Shown here: piece after piece, positions 1-11,632 of the stretch
How the letters are laid out: each line of letters opens with the position of its first letter
How positions within the stretch are numbered: the stretch's first letter is position 1
NCBI RefSeq assembly: GCF_963921235.1
Contig: NC_086097.1
Coordinates: 39,186,001-39,250,000, forward strand
Direction: 5' to 3'
Source of the DNA: Mobula hypostoma
Taxonomy: Eukaryota
DNA: 64,000 nucleotides
Translations under genes and position numbers: made by a program
Notes under the pieces: model-generated
The model's input: only the letters and a program-made list of their open reading frames with translations
What the model was told of the DNA's origin: nothing
Databases searched by the model: none

Positions 1-1
1 A

Positions 2-1588
2 ATTGCCACATTCTAGTTTATCTTTACCCTCTTTAGGAATAACTGAAATAATCGCTTCTCTCCAGGAAGGTGGAGTTTCTCCTCTCTGCAAGATCCAATT
101 AAAGGTGTTAAGTAGTAATGGGGCTAACTGTGTCTTCAGGGACTTGTACCACTCTGAGGTAAACCCATCAGAACCCGGGGACTTTCCAGCCTTTAACCTA
201 GAGATGGCCACATTCAGTTCTTTGACAGTTACTAGTTCTAATAAACTTTCATTTTGTAAATCTGTAAGTTTAGGTAGATCTAAAAAATTCAATACACTGT
301 CTATATAGGGCTCATTGGGGGCCCGGGGTTGGGAGTACAGCTCTCGATAATATGTTTCAAAACTCTCTTGAATTTTCCCTATTGTACTCTCCACAAGCTT
401 TGTCTTTGGATTCTTTATTTTATGAATTGTATTGTCTGCTTGTTGTTTTCGTAATTTATATGCTAATAATCTAGCTGATTTACCTCCTACTTCATAATTC
501 TTTTGTCTCAGGTAAAGAAAATTTCTTTGAGTTTCCAATGTATAAATATCATCAATTTCACTTTGCAATTTCCTAATTTCCTGTTTTCGATTTGAATTAC
601 TTTTGTTGCTATCTACAACTTGAAGTTGTTTTAATTTTCCTTGAAGGTCTGCTAATTTTTGTGCATTGATTTTTTTCATGTGAGTAGTAATGGAAATAAT
701 TTTCCCTCTCAGTACAGCTTTCAATGTATCCCATAAAATCACTGGTGATGTTTCTCCTGTGTCATTAAGGTCTAGATATTCTTTGATTTCTCCCCTTAAT
801 TTCTCCATTACTTTCGGGTTATTGAGTATATGTGAGTTTAGCCTCCATAGTGTTTTCCTCATTTTCCTTTCCAGGATTAGAGACATAAAGACTGGGCTAT
901 GATCCGACAGATCAATTGTTGCAATATTACAGTTTTTTATCCTGAGTCTATCTGTATTAAAGATAAAGAAATAGTCTATCCTTGAATAGGCTGAATGAGG
1001 GAAAGAGTAATATGTATAATCTTTACTAGTAGGGTGTAATTCCCTCCAGACATCTATAATTCCCAACTCCTCCATCAATGAATTCACTTTCCGAGTCAGA
1101 GGTTTATTCTGAGTAACTATTCTTGAAGAATCTAATATAGGATTTAATCTAATATTAAAATCCCCTCCACAAATTACTACCCCTCGAGAACTGACCATTA
1201 GGTCAAAAATGTGTCTATAAAATGACCATTCACTACCTGGAGGAGCATAAACATTCAGCAATGTTATTTCTGTACCTTCTATTCTTCCTGTGATTTTTAC
1301 AAACCGTCCTTCTTTGTCTCTAGTCTCTGAAATATGTTCATAATTAAGAGTACTTGATACTAAAGTAGCTACCCCTCTTTTGTGACTCAATTTATATGAT
1401 GAATAAAATACATGCTTAAAGCCCATTCTTTTTAATTTTCCATGTTCAGATTGGCTCATATGTGTTTCCTGGAGGAAAGCTATTTGTGCCCTCTCTTTTT
1501 TCAATTTAGACATGATCTTATTTCTTTTAATTGGATTCAAAACCCCATTGACATTATAGGAAATTATTTTTACCAATTCAGTTTGCAT
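2..1588 (-). CDS. L1 ORF2p N-terminal part (APE endonuclease up to RT start), open to the window edge
   Basis: Begins MQTELVKIISYNVNGVLNPIKR...FLQETH and ends ...EAIISVIPKEGKDKLECGN in the same frame. No stop-terminated ORF is reported for this frame. Confidence 0.88.
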   Translation of the reverse strand, partial: MQTELVKIISYNVNGVLNPIKRNKIMSKLKKERAQIAFLQETHMSQSEHGKLKRMGFKHVFYSSYKLSHKRGVATLVSSTLNYEHISETRDKEGRFVKITGRIEGTEITLLNVYAPPGSEWSFYRHIFDLMVSSRGVVICGGDFNIRLNPILDSSRIVTQNKPLTRKVNSLMEELGIIDVWRELHPTSKDYTYYSFPHSAYSRIDYFFIFNTDRLRIKNCNIATIDLSDHSPVFMSLILERKMRKTLWRLNSHILNNPKVMEKLRGEIKEYLDLNDTGETSPVILWDTLKAVLRGKIISITTHMKKINAQKLADLQGKLKQLQVVDSNKSNSNRKQEIRKLQSEIDDIYTLETQRNFLYLRQKNYEVGGKSARLLAYKLRKQQADNTIHKIKNPKTKLVESTIGKIQESFETYYRELYSQPRAPNEPYIDSVLNFLDLPKLTDLQNESLLELVTVKELNVAISRLKAGKSPGSDGFTSEWYKSLKTQLAPLLLNTFNWILQRGETPPSWREAIISVIPKEGKDKLECGN

Positions 1589-1950
1589 TTTTCTCTAGTA
1601 GAAAAAAAGCACTCTCCTTTTCTAACCAAACAGTAAGCAATCCCTTCTCAACTGTAAACCAAGACATATAACCACACCCTAGACATTTCTGAACGTATAA
1701 CATTTGAAAATTTTTCCCGACTTCCCACAGTGAGGCCTGAGCACCGACCCGCCTCAGTTCAGAGGGATAACCTCTATCTTCACCCTGTGTTAGAGGGCCC
1801 TCAGCAGTTTGAATAATCATAGAGAATTCTCTCCTATTTATGTCTCGACCATATTGCTATCATTCAAGTTATTCCGCCTAGTTTATTTTCAGTTACCAGT
1901 TTTCATTTTACTTTTAAGTCCGATTTACTCTTTTCAGTCATTTCTCTTAA

Positions 1951-2931
1951 TTAATCTGTATTCTCTGTACATTCGCGTCTGAATATTTGCAGCTTTTCCT
2001 TGTAGTTTGACACTCTGGTTCGAGTGGAGCGTCCTCGCCCCACTAACTGCCACGACTTCTGCCGAATCCTCTCCAGTAGCGACTCCGGTTGGGTGATAAC
2101 TTTAATAGGTAGTCCCCAGTCCGCCAGGTCCAACGTTGCCTCCTCCACCGTAGCGTAAGTTTTTGTCCCTTCGTCGTAAAAGACTCTCAGCCGAGCTGGA
2201 TACAGGGTCTGGAATCTGATGTTGTTTTCCTTCAGGACTCTCCGTGTTTCCGTATATTCCTTCCGTCTGGCAAGAATCCCCGGTGCGTAGTCGTGGTCTA
2301 AACTGATTTTGCAGTTGTTCCACATGAAACCTTGCTTTTGCCATGCTCTTTTAAGCACCTCTTCCTTCATTCTGTAACTGAGAAATCTGATCAGAATCGA
2401 TCTGGGCTGGGCGCCTGCCGGAGGCTGTGGTGCCAACGCGCGGTGAGTCCTTTCTATCTGTAGGTCTTTTGCGGCCAGTATATCAAGGTTCTCTCTAAGC
2501 AGCTTCTCTATGAAGGGAATCATCAATCCGGGTTTACCTTCGGTTCCTTCGGGAACTCCGTAGATCCTCACATTTTCCCTTCTCGAGCGGCCTTCTTGAT
2601 CTATTAGTTTCCACTGGAGTTGTAGCTTCAGCATTTCTGCTATCACTTCCTCGGCGTTTTGTAGCTTCTCTTCAATTCCAACAATCCTCGCTTCGGCTTC
2701 ATCTATCCACGAGTTAGTTTTTACTATTTCTCCTTTAATATCTTCCAGCTGTTTGCTGTTATCTTGTCGGAACTCGCGAATCTCTCCGAGAATCAAAGAC
2801 AGAGTCACCGATTCCCCCTCATTATCTCCGTCCTGGCTTGCCGTGGGGGAGCTAGGCCCGTCGCCTTGCTGCATCTCTTTATGTTTATCAGCCTTCGAAG
2901 CGGACTTTTTATTCTTGTTCTTAGACATCAT
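1951..2931 (-). CDS. L1 ORF1p (coiled coil, RRM and CTD; Transposase_22-like), 326 aa
   Basis: Motifs DQEGRSRRENVRIYGVPE, ERTHR and LYPARL. Confidence 0.9.
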   Translation of the reverse strand: MMSKNKNKKSASKADKHKEMQQGDGPSSPTASQDGDNEGESVTLSLILGEIREFRQDNSKQLEDIKGEIVKTNSWIDEAEARIVGIEEKLQNAEEVIAEMLKLQLQWKLIDQEGRSRRENVRIYGVPEGTEGKPGLMIPFIEKLLRENLDILAAKDLQIERTHRALAPQPPAGAQPRSILIRFLSYRMKEEVLKRAWQKQGFMWNNCKISLDHDYAPGILARRKEYTETRRVLKENNIRFQTLYPARLRVFYDEGTKTYATVEEATLDLADWGLPIKVITQPESLLERIRQKSWQLVGRGRSTRTRVSNYKEKLQIFRRECTENTD

Positions 2932-3067
2932 CCTTGCCCCTTTTATTAATATAGTTATGCAATATTAAGTATTTGTCTAAATTCGATTTTGGGGCAGTTT
3001 ACCTTCTTTTTTGTCGAGAGACCTTTTCCTTACGCCGCCATTCCCTTGGTGACCCGGAAGTCCCCCC

Positions 3068-3603
3068 TGGCCAAACATTTTAATTCTGATTCCCATTCTG
3101 ACATTTTGATCCATGGCTGGCTCTTGTGCTAAGATGAGGCCACCCTCAGGCTGGAGGAGCAACACCTTGTATTCCATGTGGGTAGTCTACAACGTGATGG
3201 TAAGAATATTGATTTCTCTTCCCATTTAAAAATAAAATTCCCTTCCCCCCCCCCTTCTATTCCCCACTCTGCCCTCTTACCTCTTCTCACCTGCCTATTA
3301 CCTCCTACCGGATCCCCTCCTCCCCTTTCCTCTGTGCTCCATTCTCCTTTCCTATCAGATTCCTCTCCAGCCCTTTATCTTTCCCACCCGGCTTCACCTA
3401 TCGCCTTTTAGTTATCCTCCTTCCTCTCCCCTACCTTTTTATTCTGGTGCCTTCCCCCTTCCTTTCCAGTTCCAAAGAAGTGAATATGCCTGAAATGTTA
3501 ACTATGCATTCATTTCCATAGATGCTGCCTTACTTGCTGAGTTCCTCCAGCATTTTGTCTGTTGCTTTGGATTTCCAGCAATCTGCAGCCTTAGTCGTGT
3601 TTA
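3068..3603 (+). mobile_element. Degraded Penelope-like element 3' fragment with pLTR
   Basis: GIY-YIG C-terminus-like sequence (LRLEEQHL), pyrimidine tract, decayed hammerhead and gatgctgcct...ctgcag tail as in the other copies. Confidence 0.8.
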
Positions 3604-3849
3604 TAAATCAGTCCTGTCTTTTACCTTTGACAAGTGACCTGATGTTTTTCTTCAATGCTTCGAAACAAGTTGTACCTCTTTGTCTCCTAAGTAGTATTGG
3701 TATCTAGTTGATTCTTTTAATTTTGAGAGGCATGGAATTCTGGTTTGCTTTCTCCAAGAGTTATTGCCTCTCTGTTTGAATACTGAATTTGGATTTGAAA
3801 TGTTAAACTATCTCATAGAATTGTGGGAGATGACAGGATGGAGGACTGA

Positions 3850-6690
3850 CTGTAAAAATGAGTGATCAGCTGGCTTGAGGGACGTGAGGGACGTAAGGGG
3901 CATCAGGGAAGGGTAGCACCTCTGGTGGGACAGACATGTTGAGCTCCCTTCAGAGTAGCCTGCCCACCATTGGTCCCCACTTGGCACTCAGCTGTCACCT
4001 ATGGCTCCAAGCAGCTGTTTGCTGGTGACAATGGTCACACCCTGGTAAACAGCTTTGAGTGTGCTAAACTTGAAGGTAACTGATGGGTCTTAAACCCTTG
4101 GTCAGTTTGGACTTGCCTACCCAAGCGAGTGAAGACTGGACCTGGCAGACTGTGCCAAGGTAACCACTAGTTTGGTTCCAGGGGCAGTAGGGTGGACCCA
4201 GCAAGGCACTGTGGAGTGCTTGGAGTGCAACAAAGCACTAAGGATGTCATGATCATCCTCTGCATCTAACCCCATCTCCAGTCGTCTTGACTTTGTCTTG
4301 CCATTGGATACACAGATGAGTGAGTGACACTGCGCAACTCTTCCTCACTTTAAACTGTCTTCGCGCAAGTCAGTCTCGTCTATCCTCCTCATCCCAAACT
4401 GGTGACAGGCTAGCAATGAAGCGACAAGTGTGGGTACACTGGCAGCCGTAGCTGCAAACCAGCACACTGGTGGTGGCTCAGGCCCTGGGGTCATTATCCA
4501 CTGACATGGAGCAGCAGTGACTTTCAGCAGCCACCTGGACGGCTGAACAGCCCTTGTCAGAAATGCACTGCTCACCTCCATGGTATGAGGTGTTCCTAGA
4601 AAGAGTGCCTTGAACGTTGGCTGCTCCATTCTATCCCTGGCTAGTTTACTGCAGCTGGTGGGGACCTTATCAAAGTGTCTGAAATACATCAAAGAGAAAA
4701 TTAAGGAGTATTCCACTCATTCTTGATACATGGAATGTGCACACACTGTTGGACAGAATCGATGCTGATAGACCTTAGAGGAGATCTGCTGTACTAGGGA
4801 GAGAGCCCGATATAACACTGATATCACAACCTTGAGTAAGACCTGGCTTGCAGGAGATGGCAAACTTTGTGAAAGGGCACAGGATACACATTCTTTTGGA
4901 TAGAAGAGGAAATTAAGACTGATGTGAGGCTGGGATTGGATTTGCAGCGAAGCACCTGGATCATATGCAATATGTGCTGAGGGTTACAAAGAAAGCAGTG
5001 CAGTGCTAACAGAAAAGTTCCATCAGCTTTTCCAACTCCTGTGGCAGCAAGTGACAATTTCACAGGTATTAAAAGACGCATCCATCATCCACCTGTATAA
5101 GCGAAAGGGAAACCAACAGTCCTGCAACAGCTACTGGGGAGTACCCTTGCAGTCTATCACAATCGAGATGTTTGCCAGCTTCTTCTCAACTATCTTACAT
5201 CAGACCTAAACTGGGGACTCCTACCAGAGAGCCAGTATGGATTCCTGAAAGAGAGTGGGACCATCAACATGGTGTTTGCTGCAAGAGAAATGTCAGGAGT
5301 AAAACGTTGACCTGCTCTCCCGCTATGTTGATCTGACTAAGGCCTTTGACACTGTTAGCAGAGATGATGTGTGGAAGCTCATGGTGCAGTACGGATGTCC
5401 AAGGAAATTCATCACCATGGTGTAGCAATTCCATGATGGCATGCAAGCTAGAGACCATGGTGAGACATCTGAGCCCTTCCCTGTTTCAAAGGTGGTCAAG
5501 CAGGGCTATATCTTGGTGCCAATGCTATTCAGTTTGGTGTTTACCACCATGTTGACTGATGCCTTCAGAAACAACGATGTACGATGTAGGCATCAGCATC
5601 AGATTCCGCACTGATGGGAATCTCTTCAACCTCAGGAGGCTTCAAGTAAAAAATTAGGTTATGACAGACATCATCAAAGACTTCCCTCTTTTCCGATGAC
5701 TGTGCCCTCAATGCTGGTTCAAGAGATGGAAAAGATGATGTGCAGCACTGTGCTGGTAAGTTTTCTGATGTGTGTACCAACTTTGGGCTTACTATCAACG
5801 CCAAGAAGACTGAAGTAATGCATCAGCTAGTTCCAAGGTAATCATACATTGAGCCAAGCAACAGAATCAATGGTCAAAGATTTAACCCAGTGAACAGGCT
5901 CACATATCTTGGCAGCACACTGTCCCAAAACATTGTTATTTATGATGAAGTAAATGGCCAGGATCGCCAAAGCAAGTGTAGCCTTTGGCAGACATTATAC
6001 CAATGTTTGGAACAGAAGATGGATAAGTCTACAGACAAAGCTGAAGGTGATATAGGACCATAGTACTTCCTACTCTGCTTTACACCAACATGGACAGTGT
6101 ACCAACAAATGCCAGGAAACTGAATCATTTCCACAAAGTCTGCCTCCAAGGCTCTTCAACATTAGGTGGAAAGACAGAATTGCTGACACTGAGGTATCTA
6201 CCAAGGTGGGCCTGCCCATTATTATACCACCCTGTAGCAGTCCCAGTTACACAGGGCAGTTCATGTAGCTTGTATGCCAGACCATTGGCTGCCCAAGAGG
6301 CTGCTTTACAGCAAACTACAGAAGGGAAAGCATTCCCATGGAGTCCAGAGGAAATGCTATAAAGATGCCCTGAAAACTTCACTAAAAGATTTTGGCATCA
6401 ACCCAGACACATGGGAACATTTTGCCAAGGTTGAGTGGCACTCCTCCTTCCATAAGGGTGCAGTGATTAGTGACACATGAGGCAGAAAACACAATTGCAG
6501 CAGAGAGACGTTGGCTGGCCAGGAAAGCCTGGGCCAACAACTCCCCAACCCAATGTGGCTGCCATCTTTTATCCACATTGCCAAAAATTGGCCTCTTCAA
6601 GTATCTGTGTACCCACAGCTCAATCCTGCCCCTACAAATCGCGGATGATTAGGGTAGTTCTCATCGTTGCACAATGGACGAACAAACTGA
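3850..6690 (+). mobile_element. Degraded RTE-clade (BovB-like) LINE
   Basis: Frameshifted EN/RT pieces: WNVHTLLD, GYTFFW, IHLYKRKGN, LPESQYGF, DLTKAFDTV, YLGSTLS, LPKRLLYSKL. The 5' boundary is approximate. Confidence 0.82.
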
Positions 6691-6758
6691 CTTGAAACTA
6701 AATTCTTATCTGTTATTACGTAGCCCCTTAAAAATCGGTCTTCACTGTTGCTTGTTAC

Positions 6759-6850
6759 CTTTGTTTTATGACCCAATGAGGTAAATGGGACTGCTTGCCT
6801 CTCTTGAGATTGGCTATTTCTTGTCATCTGTTGAATCGGTTCTTCCATGT
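6759..6850 (-). CDS. Second coding exon of the nested antisense gene ((D)MEEPIQQMTRNSQSQERQAVPFTSLGHKTK)
   Basis: tatttttgtattttag acceptor in phase 1 (G+AC gives Asp), AAG|GTAACA donor; 92 nt, open frame. Confidence 0.65.
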
Positions 6851-7639
6851 CTAAAATACAAAAATAAATATTAATTTCAACAATTTTTACTCTAGATTTT
6901 AAACAGGACAGAATAAAGTTACTGTGGAAATGTGAAATACACAATATATAAGCTTCCTTTTAAGAAACTTATGGAGTTTGTTTCTATTTGCTATTGCTGT
7001 GGAATTTAAACTGTTATTGTGTGGTTTACAACATCTGCGAATGATGCAGACTACTAAACTGTGTTTATTGAGAGGGATTATTATCTCTGTTGTTTAATGC
7101 CACGATGAGGTTATTTGCTTACCTTGATTCAGTCATTCAGAGAAATAAGATGCACTGCTTTGCAAGTATCTCATAATTGTTTTCCTTTCAGTGCATCAAT
7201 GGTAAATGCTCCAACATCTCATAACATCTAATTCTTGAGACAAAAAAAAAATTCTCCTCAATTTGCCAACTATTTTATTTGTGGTCTCCTAATGGAAACA
7301 TTTCTATTTTTTGTTTATCATATCAAACTCCTTCATAAGTTTAAAGATCTCTAGCAATCATTAGGTAATATTACACACAACATCTATTATAATGTGTATT
7401 ATAACTAAGAAAAACATGAATCTGGTCTTGATAGTTGGACACTTATCTTGTAGCGAAGAACATTTACAAGCAGCAAAATGGATAAAATGTGAAGCAGCCG
7501 CGCATCATACAGGGTCAAAATCACACATTTCGGATATTGACGAATAAGGGGAACAGGATCTTAAAGGATTGAAACCAATTAGGAAGGAGAAAAACAGAGG
7601 GAGCTGAAGATAATGGTTGGAGTTAGTTAGCAATAATTA

Positions 7640-7932
7640 CAACTCCATCACTAAGGATCTTCACCACTTGAGTCATGCCCTCGTCTCATTACTACCATCA
7701 GGTGGGGGTACAGGAGTCTGAAGACCCGCACTCATATGCTCTAAGAATGGCTTCTTCCCCTCTGACATCAGTTTCTGAATGGTCTATGAACACTAACTTT
7801 CTATTCCTATTGTGCACTGTGTATCTGTTACTTATTGTAACTTATAATATGTTTATGTCCTGCACAGTGTTGCCGCCACAAAGCAACTACTTCCACCAGG
7901 TAGGTCAGTGATAATAAAACTGGTTCTGATTT
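7640..7932 (+). mobile_element. Rex1/Babar-type LINE 3' fragment
   Basis: LLPSG...NSFFP-like end and ataataaa...ctgatt tail shared with other Rex copies in the window. Confidence 0.6.
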
Positions 7933-8862
7933 TGAGAGGAAACAGTACCCAAAATTACTTTTGATCAAAGCCACTCAATGTGAACGAGCCTACTGAATCT
8001 CCGTTTTCTTAGTTAAAGGCTAAGGCATATTTATGTTGATGATCATGTAAAAATTCTAAGCTTTGTATGAGTAACTGTTCCTGAAGTTTATTTTATATAA
8101 CAAGTCATTCCTGCCAGTTTTAAAAGGGATCTGGTATTTTGATTCAATTATCTGCTTCAGTTCAATTACTTTGAAACTGGACTGACAAGTATCTCCCAAG
8201 ACTAAAATCAGCTCTTTTTTTGGACAAAGGAGTCTTATTGATAGATCTCCAGTCATTCCTATCCTCCCAGAGTTTAGCTTTAATTATAGTTATTAAGTTG
8301 GATTTTTTGTTTCAAACTCCTTTGTTTTGCGTCCTACACAAGATGCTGAGCGCTTCTCATCGAAGAGTTTCATTTTTTTTTGGTACTGAGTAACAATCAA
8401 ATCAGTTCCTGAAAAAGGGTTCAGAGCTATCTTGCACTGATGGAAAATAAGTACTACGAGGTCGGGGGTGGGGGGGGGGAATTAATGGAGAAAATGAAAG
8501 TTTATGGTTGCTTTTATTTTACACAATTTATTTACTAATACTGATCAATTTTTTTGTAGAAGGGACTTTAAATTGACTATTTTCTTGATTTGGGTGTAGG
8601 ATCTAATTCAAATGGAAACAATCAGGTTGTTTTCTCCCAATTACGAAAGGTGTCCAATCGTAGTAAACTGGTCCTTGTAAAAATCTTACATTGGAGACCT
8701 GCCACAATAGCTGTTTTTTACAAGGTTGATTTGGATACATGTGGTAAATGTCGATTATATGAAACAGTAATGTTTCGTGTTAACAACCCCTATGACGGGA
8801 GAAGAAGTTGTTTTAAAATAACTGCTCAATTGCAATACAAACACGGAAATAATATATCCTAC

Positions 8863-9070
8863 CTCTTGGCACATCCACCTGGTGACAGCGGCCAACGTCT
8901 TGCCAGTATGTGAAGAGATCGTCGTCATCATGCGCGTTTTCGTCGTCTCCGCTGTTGTGGTAAACCACCTCCGACTCCGTATCATCGGTCACCGACTCTA
9001 AATCCTCCAGGCTGATCAGAAAGCGACCCGACCGCCTGCCGCTTTCAGCGCTCCGTCCCTGACCCTCCAT
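8863..9070 (-). CDS. First coding exon of an unidentified gene nested antisense in a FANCM intron (MEGQGRS...DDDDLFTYWQDVGRCHQVDVPR)
   Basis: CpG-rich ORF with no repeat similarity. ATG directly follows a tttcacag acceptor; G|GTAGGA donor in phase 1 matches the next exon. Confidence 0.72.
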
Positions 9071-9258
9071 CTGTGAAATCCGGATCGTTTTATGATAGAC
9101 CTTTAAACGAGCAAAAAAATAGTGCAGTAAAGACGTATTTTGTTAAAGGATACGTGAATGCAGGAGCCATGATACTTTCCAGAAGATAAAATTAATTAGG
9201 ACCATCTGGTATTGAACTCGGTCATAATGCTTTATTAGTTGCTTCTTTGGGGACTTAC

Positions 9259-9530
9259 CTCGAAGTGAAGCGCTGTCTACTCCCACGAGTTTGTTTCTGT
9301 CTGGAGCTGGGGCAGCTTGTGGCGATCACAGAGGGGGAGGGACTAAAATGAGAAACAAGTTTACGCTGATCAAGTGTCGAATAAGGGGAGGAACCATAGA
9401 TTGGAGCAACGTAACACAGTGAAAGGTTCTGGTCAGACTGAAATCGCTCAGCGTCTCCGAATGAATAAACTGAATTGCTAGACTGGCTTTCTTCATTACT
9501 GATGCGCTAAATCGGTTACCAGAACGCTTT
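9259..9530 (-). promoter_or_regulatory. Putative 5' UTR exon and promoter of the nested gene
   Basis: Consensus donor GAG|GTAAGT at 9259/9258; CpG-enriched; purine-rich GGGGGAGGG box near 9333; CCAAT on the minus strand at 9400-9404. Outer boundary is approximate. Confidence 0.45.
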
Positions 9531-10804
9531 CCAGATTATTATTCTGCACCACTGGGCTAAAGAGCATTAAATTTGAAATTTAGTGATACGAGCTAACATC
9601 TGGCAAAGGATCTTGATTGTTATTCATCCTTTGACCTGGAATGCTATTCAAAATTTATGTTTTGAAGTCCAGTTTCAAATCTATTCTAATTTAACTTTGC
9701 TGTATTATACAATATCTTGTAGACCTGCTGGAAGTCTAAGCTTGGATGTTTTCTTTTCAAATCTAAAAACTGATTTCTTTATATACCCTCAAATTCAGTG
9801 ATAAACCTGTGGCAATCTAGTTGAATGTCATTTGTACATGCCCTAATAAATTAGATTCTATAGAATATGCAAAACTTTATAGATAGTGCATTCTTAATGT
9901 GGGAAAACATCCTGAGGCAATTTGCTGAAGTGTAATTATCCACATACCAAAGAAATGCATGTATTTGCGCTCATTCAAAGCTTGCTTGAAGAGAGATGTT
10001 AAAGCATAGGGAAGGTTTTTTTTTGGGATTTAGACTGTCAAAGACATGGTTTTGACTGAAATAGTGAAGGGAATAGGAAAACCACAGTATTCTCAGGGCT
10101 GGAGAGGTTTCAGGTAGAGGGGGAAATCAGTGAAGAACTGAATCTAATATTCTACATTTATTGGTGTACAGGAAGCAGGTACAGATCAGTCAGTACAAAA
10201 ATGATGGGTTACTGAGGTGAAATAGGTAGCATAAGTTTGGATGAAGTCCAGTTTATGGATGATTGCTCAATGGAAGCCACAAATAAATATTTGTGTCTGG
10301 AACTGAACATCACAGCAGTGGGACATAAAGGTGGAGGGTGGGGCCTGGTGGCAGAGGGACAGATTAATCAGTGTAGAATATAGTTTGCATGAATTCAGAT
10401 TCAATAGGGATCTGAACTTTTGAACAACCTTCAACCTGAAGTATTGACTAAGGAGGAATAAATAATCAGTGGTGAAAGAATGGAGTTTGTGATGGTGACA
10501 AAAAAAATCCTCTATCAAATTAGGTCTGGTGAAGTTGGAGTGAGATTTGTTTAACAACTCAATGTAATCTCTCTATTTGTGGTAATAATACACCTTGTGG
10601 GGGTGGGGATAATTGGGACATTAAAATAAAAGCTGGAGGTTTTCTTTGAATTAGTGGAAGATCACAAGCCTCTTGTAAAGAAGTTCCAATACAAAGGATT
10701 ACCAGGCTGTGATGCAACCAGCCAGAAAAATGGTGAGCTTTATTTGTTACATGTACATCGAAGCACACAATGAAATGCTGCTGTCCATTTATAAAAAAAC
10801 TTAC

Positions 10805-10900
10805 ATAAAATACTGGAGGAACTCTGCAGGTCATGCAGCATCTATGGAGGGAATAAGCAGTTGATGTTTCAGGCTGAGACCCTTCATCAGGATTGAAAAA
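10805..10900 (-). mobile_element. Solo PLE pLTR fragment with decayed hammerhead
   Basis: Reverse complement reads CCTGATGAAGGGTCTCAGCCTGAAACATC. Confidence 0.75.
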
Positions 10901-10927
10901 CGAAGAAGCCGTCTATAGAAATTTGTA

Positions 10928-11632
10928 GAAACACAAACGCAAGAAAATCTGCAGATGCTGGAAATCCAAACAACACACACAAAATGCTGGAGAAACTCAG
11001 CAGGCCAGGCAGCATCTATGGAAAAGAGTAAACAGTCAAGGTTTCAGGCTGAGACCCTTCATCAGGACTGGAAAAAAAGATGAGAAGTTAGAGGAAGAAG
11101 GTGGGGGGAGGAGAGGAAGTGGTACGTTGATAGGTGAAACTGGGAGAGGGGGAGGGATGAAGTGGTGAAGTAGAGCTGGGAAGTTGATTGGTGAAAGCGA
11201 TGAATAGCTGGAGAAGGGGGATTCTGATGGAAGAAAGGGAAGGGGGAAGAAGCTACCAGAGGTAGGTGATGGGCAGTTAAGAAGATAAGGTGGGACAGAG
11301 TAATGGGAATGGGGAATGGTGAAAAGGGAGGGGGGGGGAGGGACAGTTACCAGAAGTTTGAGAAATCGATGTTCATACCATCAGATTGGAGGCTACCCAG
11401 ATGGGATATAAGGTGTTGTTCCTCCGTCCTCCACTTGATGGCATAAACATCAATTTTTCCAACTTCTGGTACCACCTGGTACTTCTTCCTCCCCTCCCCC
11501 GTCTTCTTACTCTGAGATCTCATCTTTTTTTCCAGTCCTGGTGAAGGGTCTTGGACCAAAAAGTTGACTGTTTACTCTTTACCATAAATGCTGTCTGGTT
11601 TACTGAGTTTCTCCAGTATTTTGTATGTGTTG
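10928..11632 (-). mobile_element. Truncated PLE with inverted pLTRs at both ends and a 14-bp TSD
   Basis: tatagaaatttgta at 10914-10927 and 11633-11646; EEQHL...LGSLQSDGMNIDFSNF; hammerhead-like motifs near 11034-11069 (-) and 11534-11569 (+). Confidence 0.85.

Larger units (their letters stand above)
1..3067 (-). mobile_element. L1-clade LINE, 5' half (continues beyond the window start)
   Basis: 5' end reads GGGGGACTTCCGG; ORF1 and an APE-endonuclease ORF2 are present; inserted into a PLE fragment. Confidence 0.93.

Noticed and set aside
8056..8256. 66-aa minus ORF (MTGDLSIRLL...) inside the nested-gene intron
   Set aside because: AT-rich, no recognisable motif and no convincing phase-compatible splice sites; the flanking exons join in frame without it.
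8590..8913. 107-aa plus-strand ORF, possibly a FANCM exon
   Set aside because: No similarity to FANCM; it partly overlaps the antisense exon and is probably a shadow ORF.
9880..10620. Possible ancient L2 LINE remnant on the minus strand
   Set aside because: Too degenerate to support by eye.
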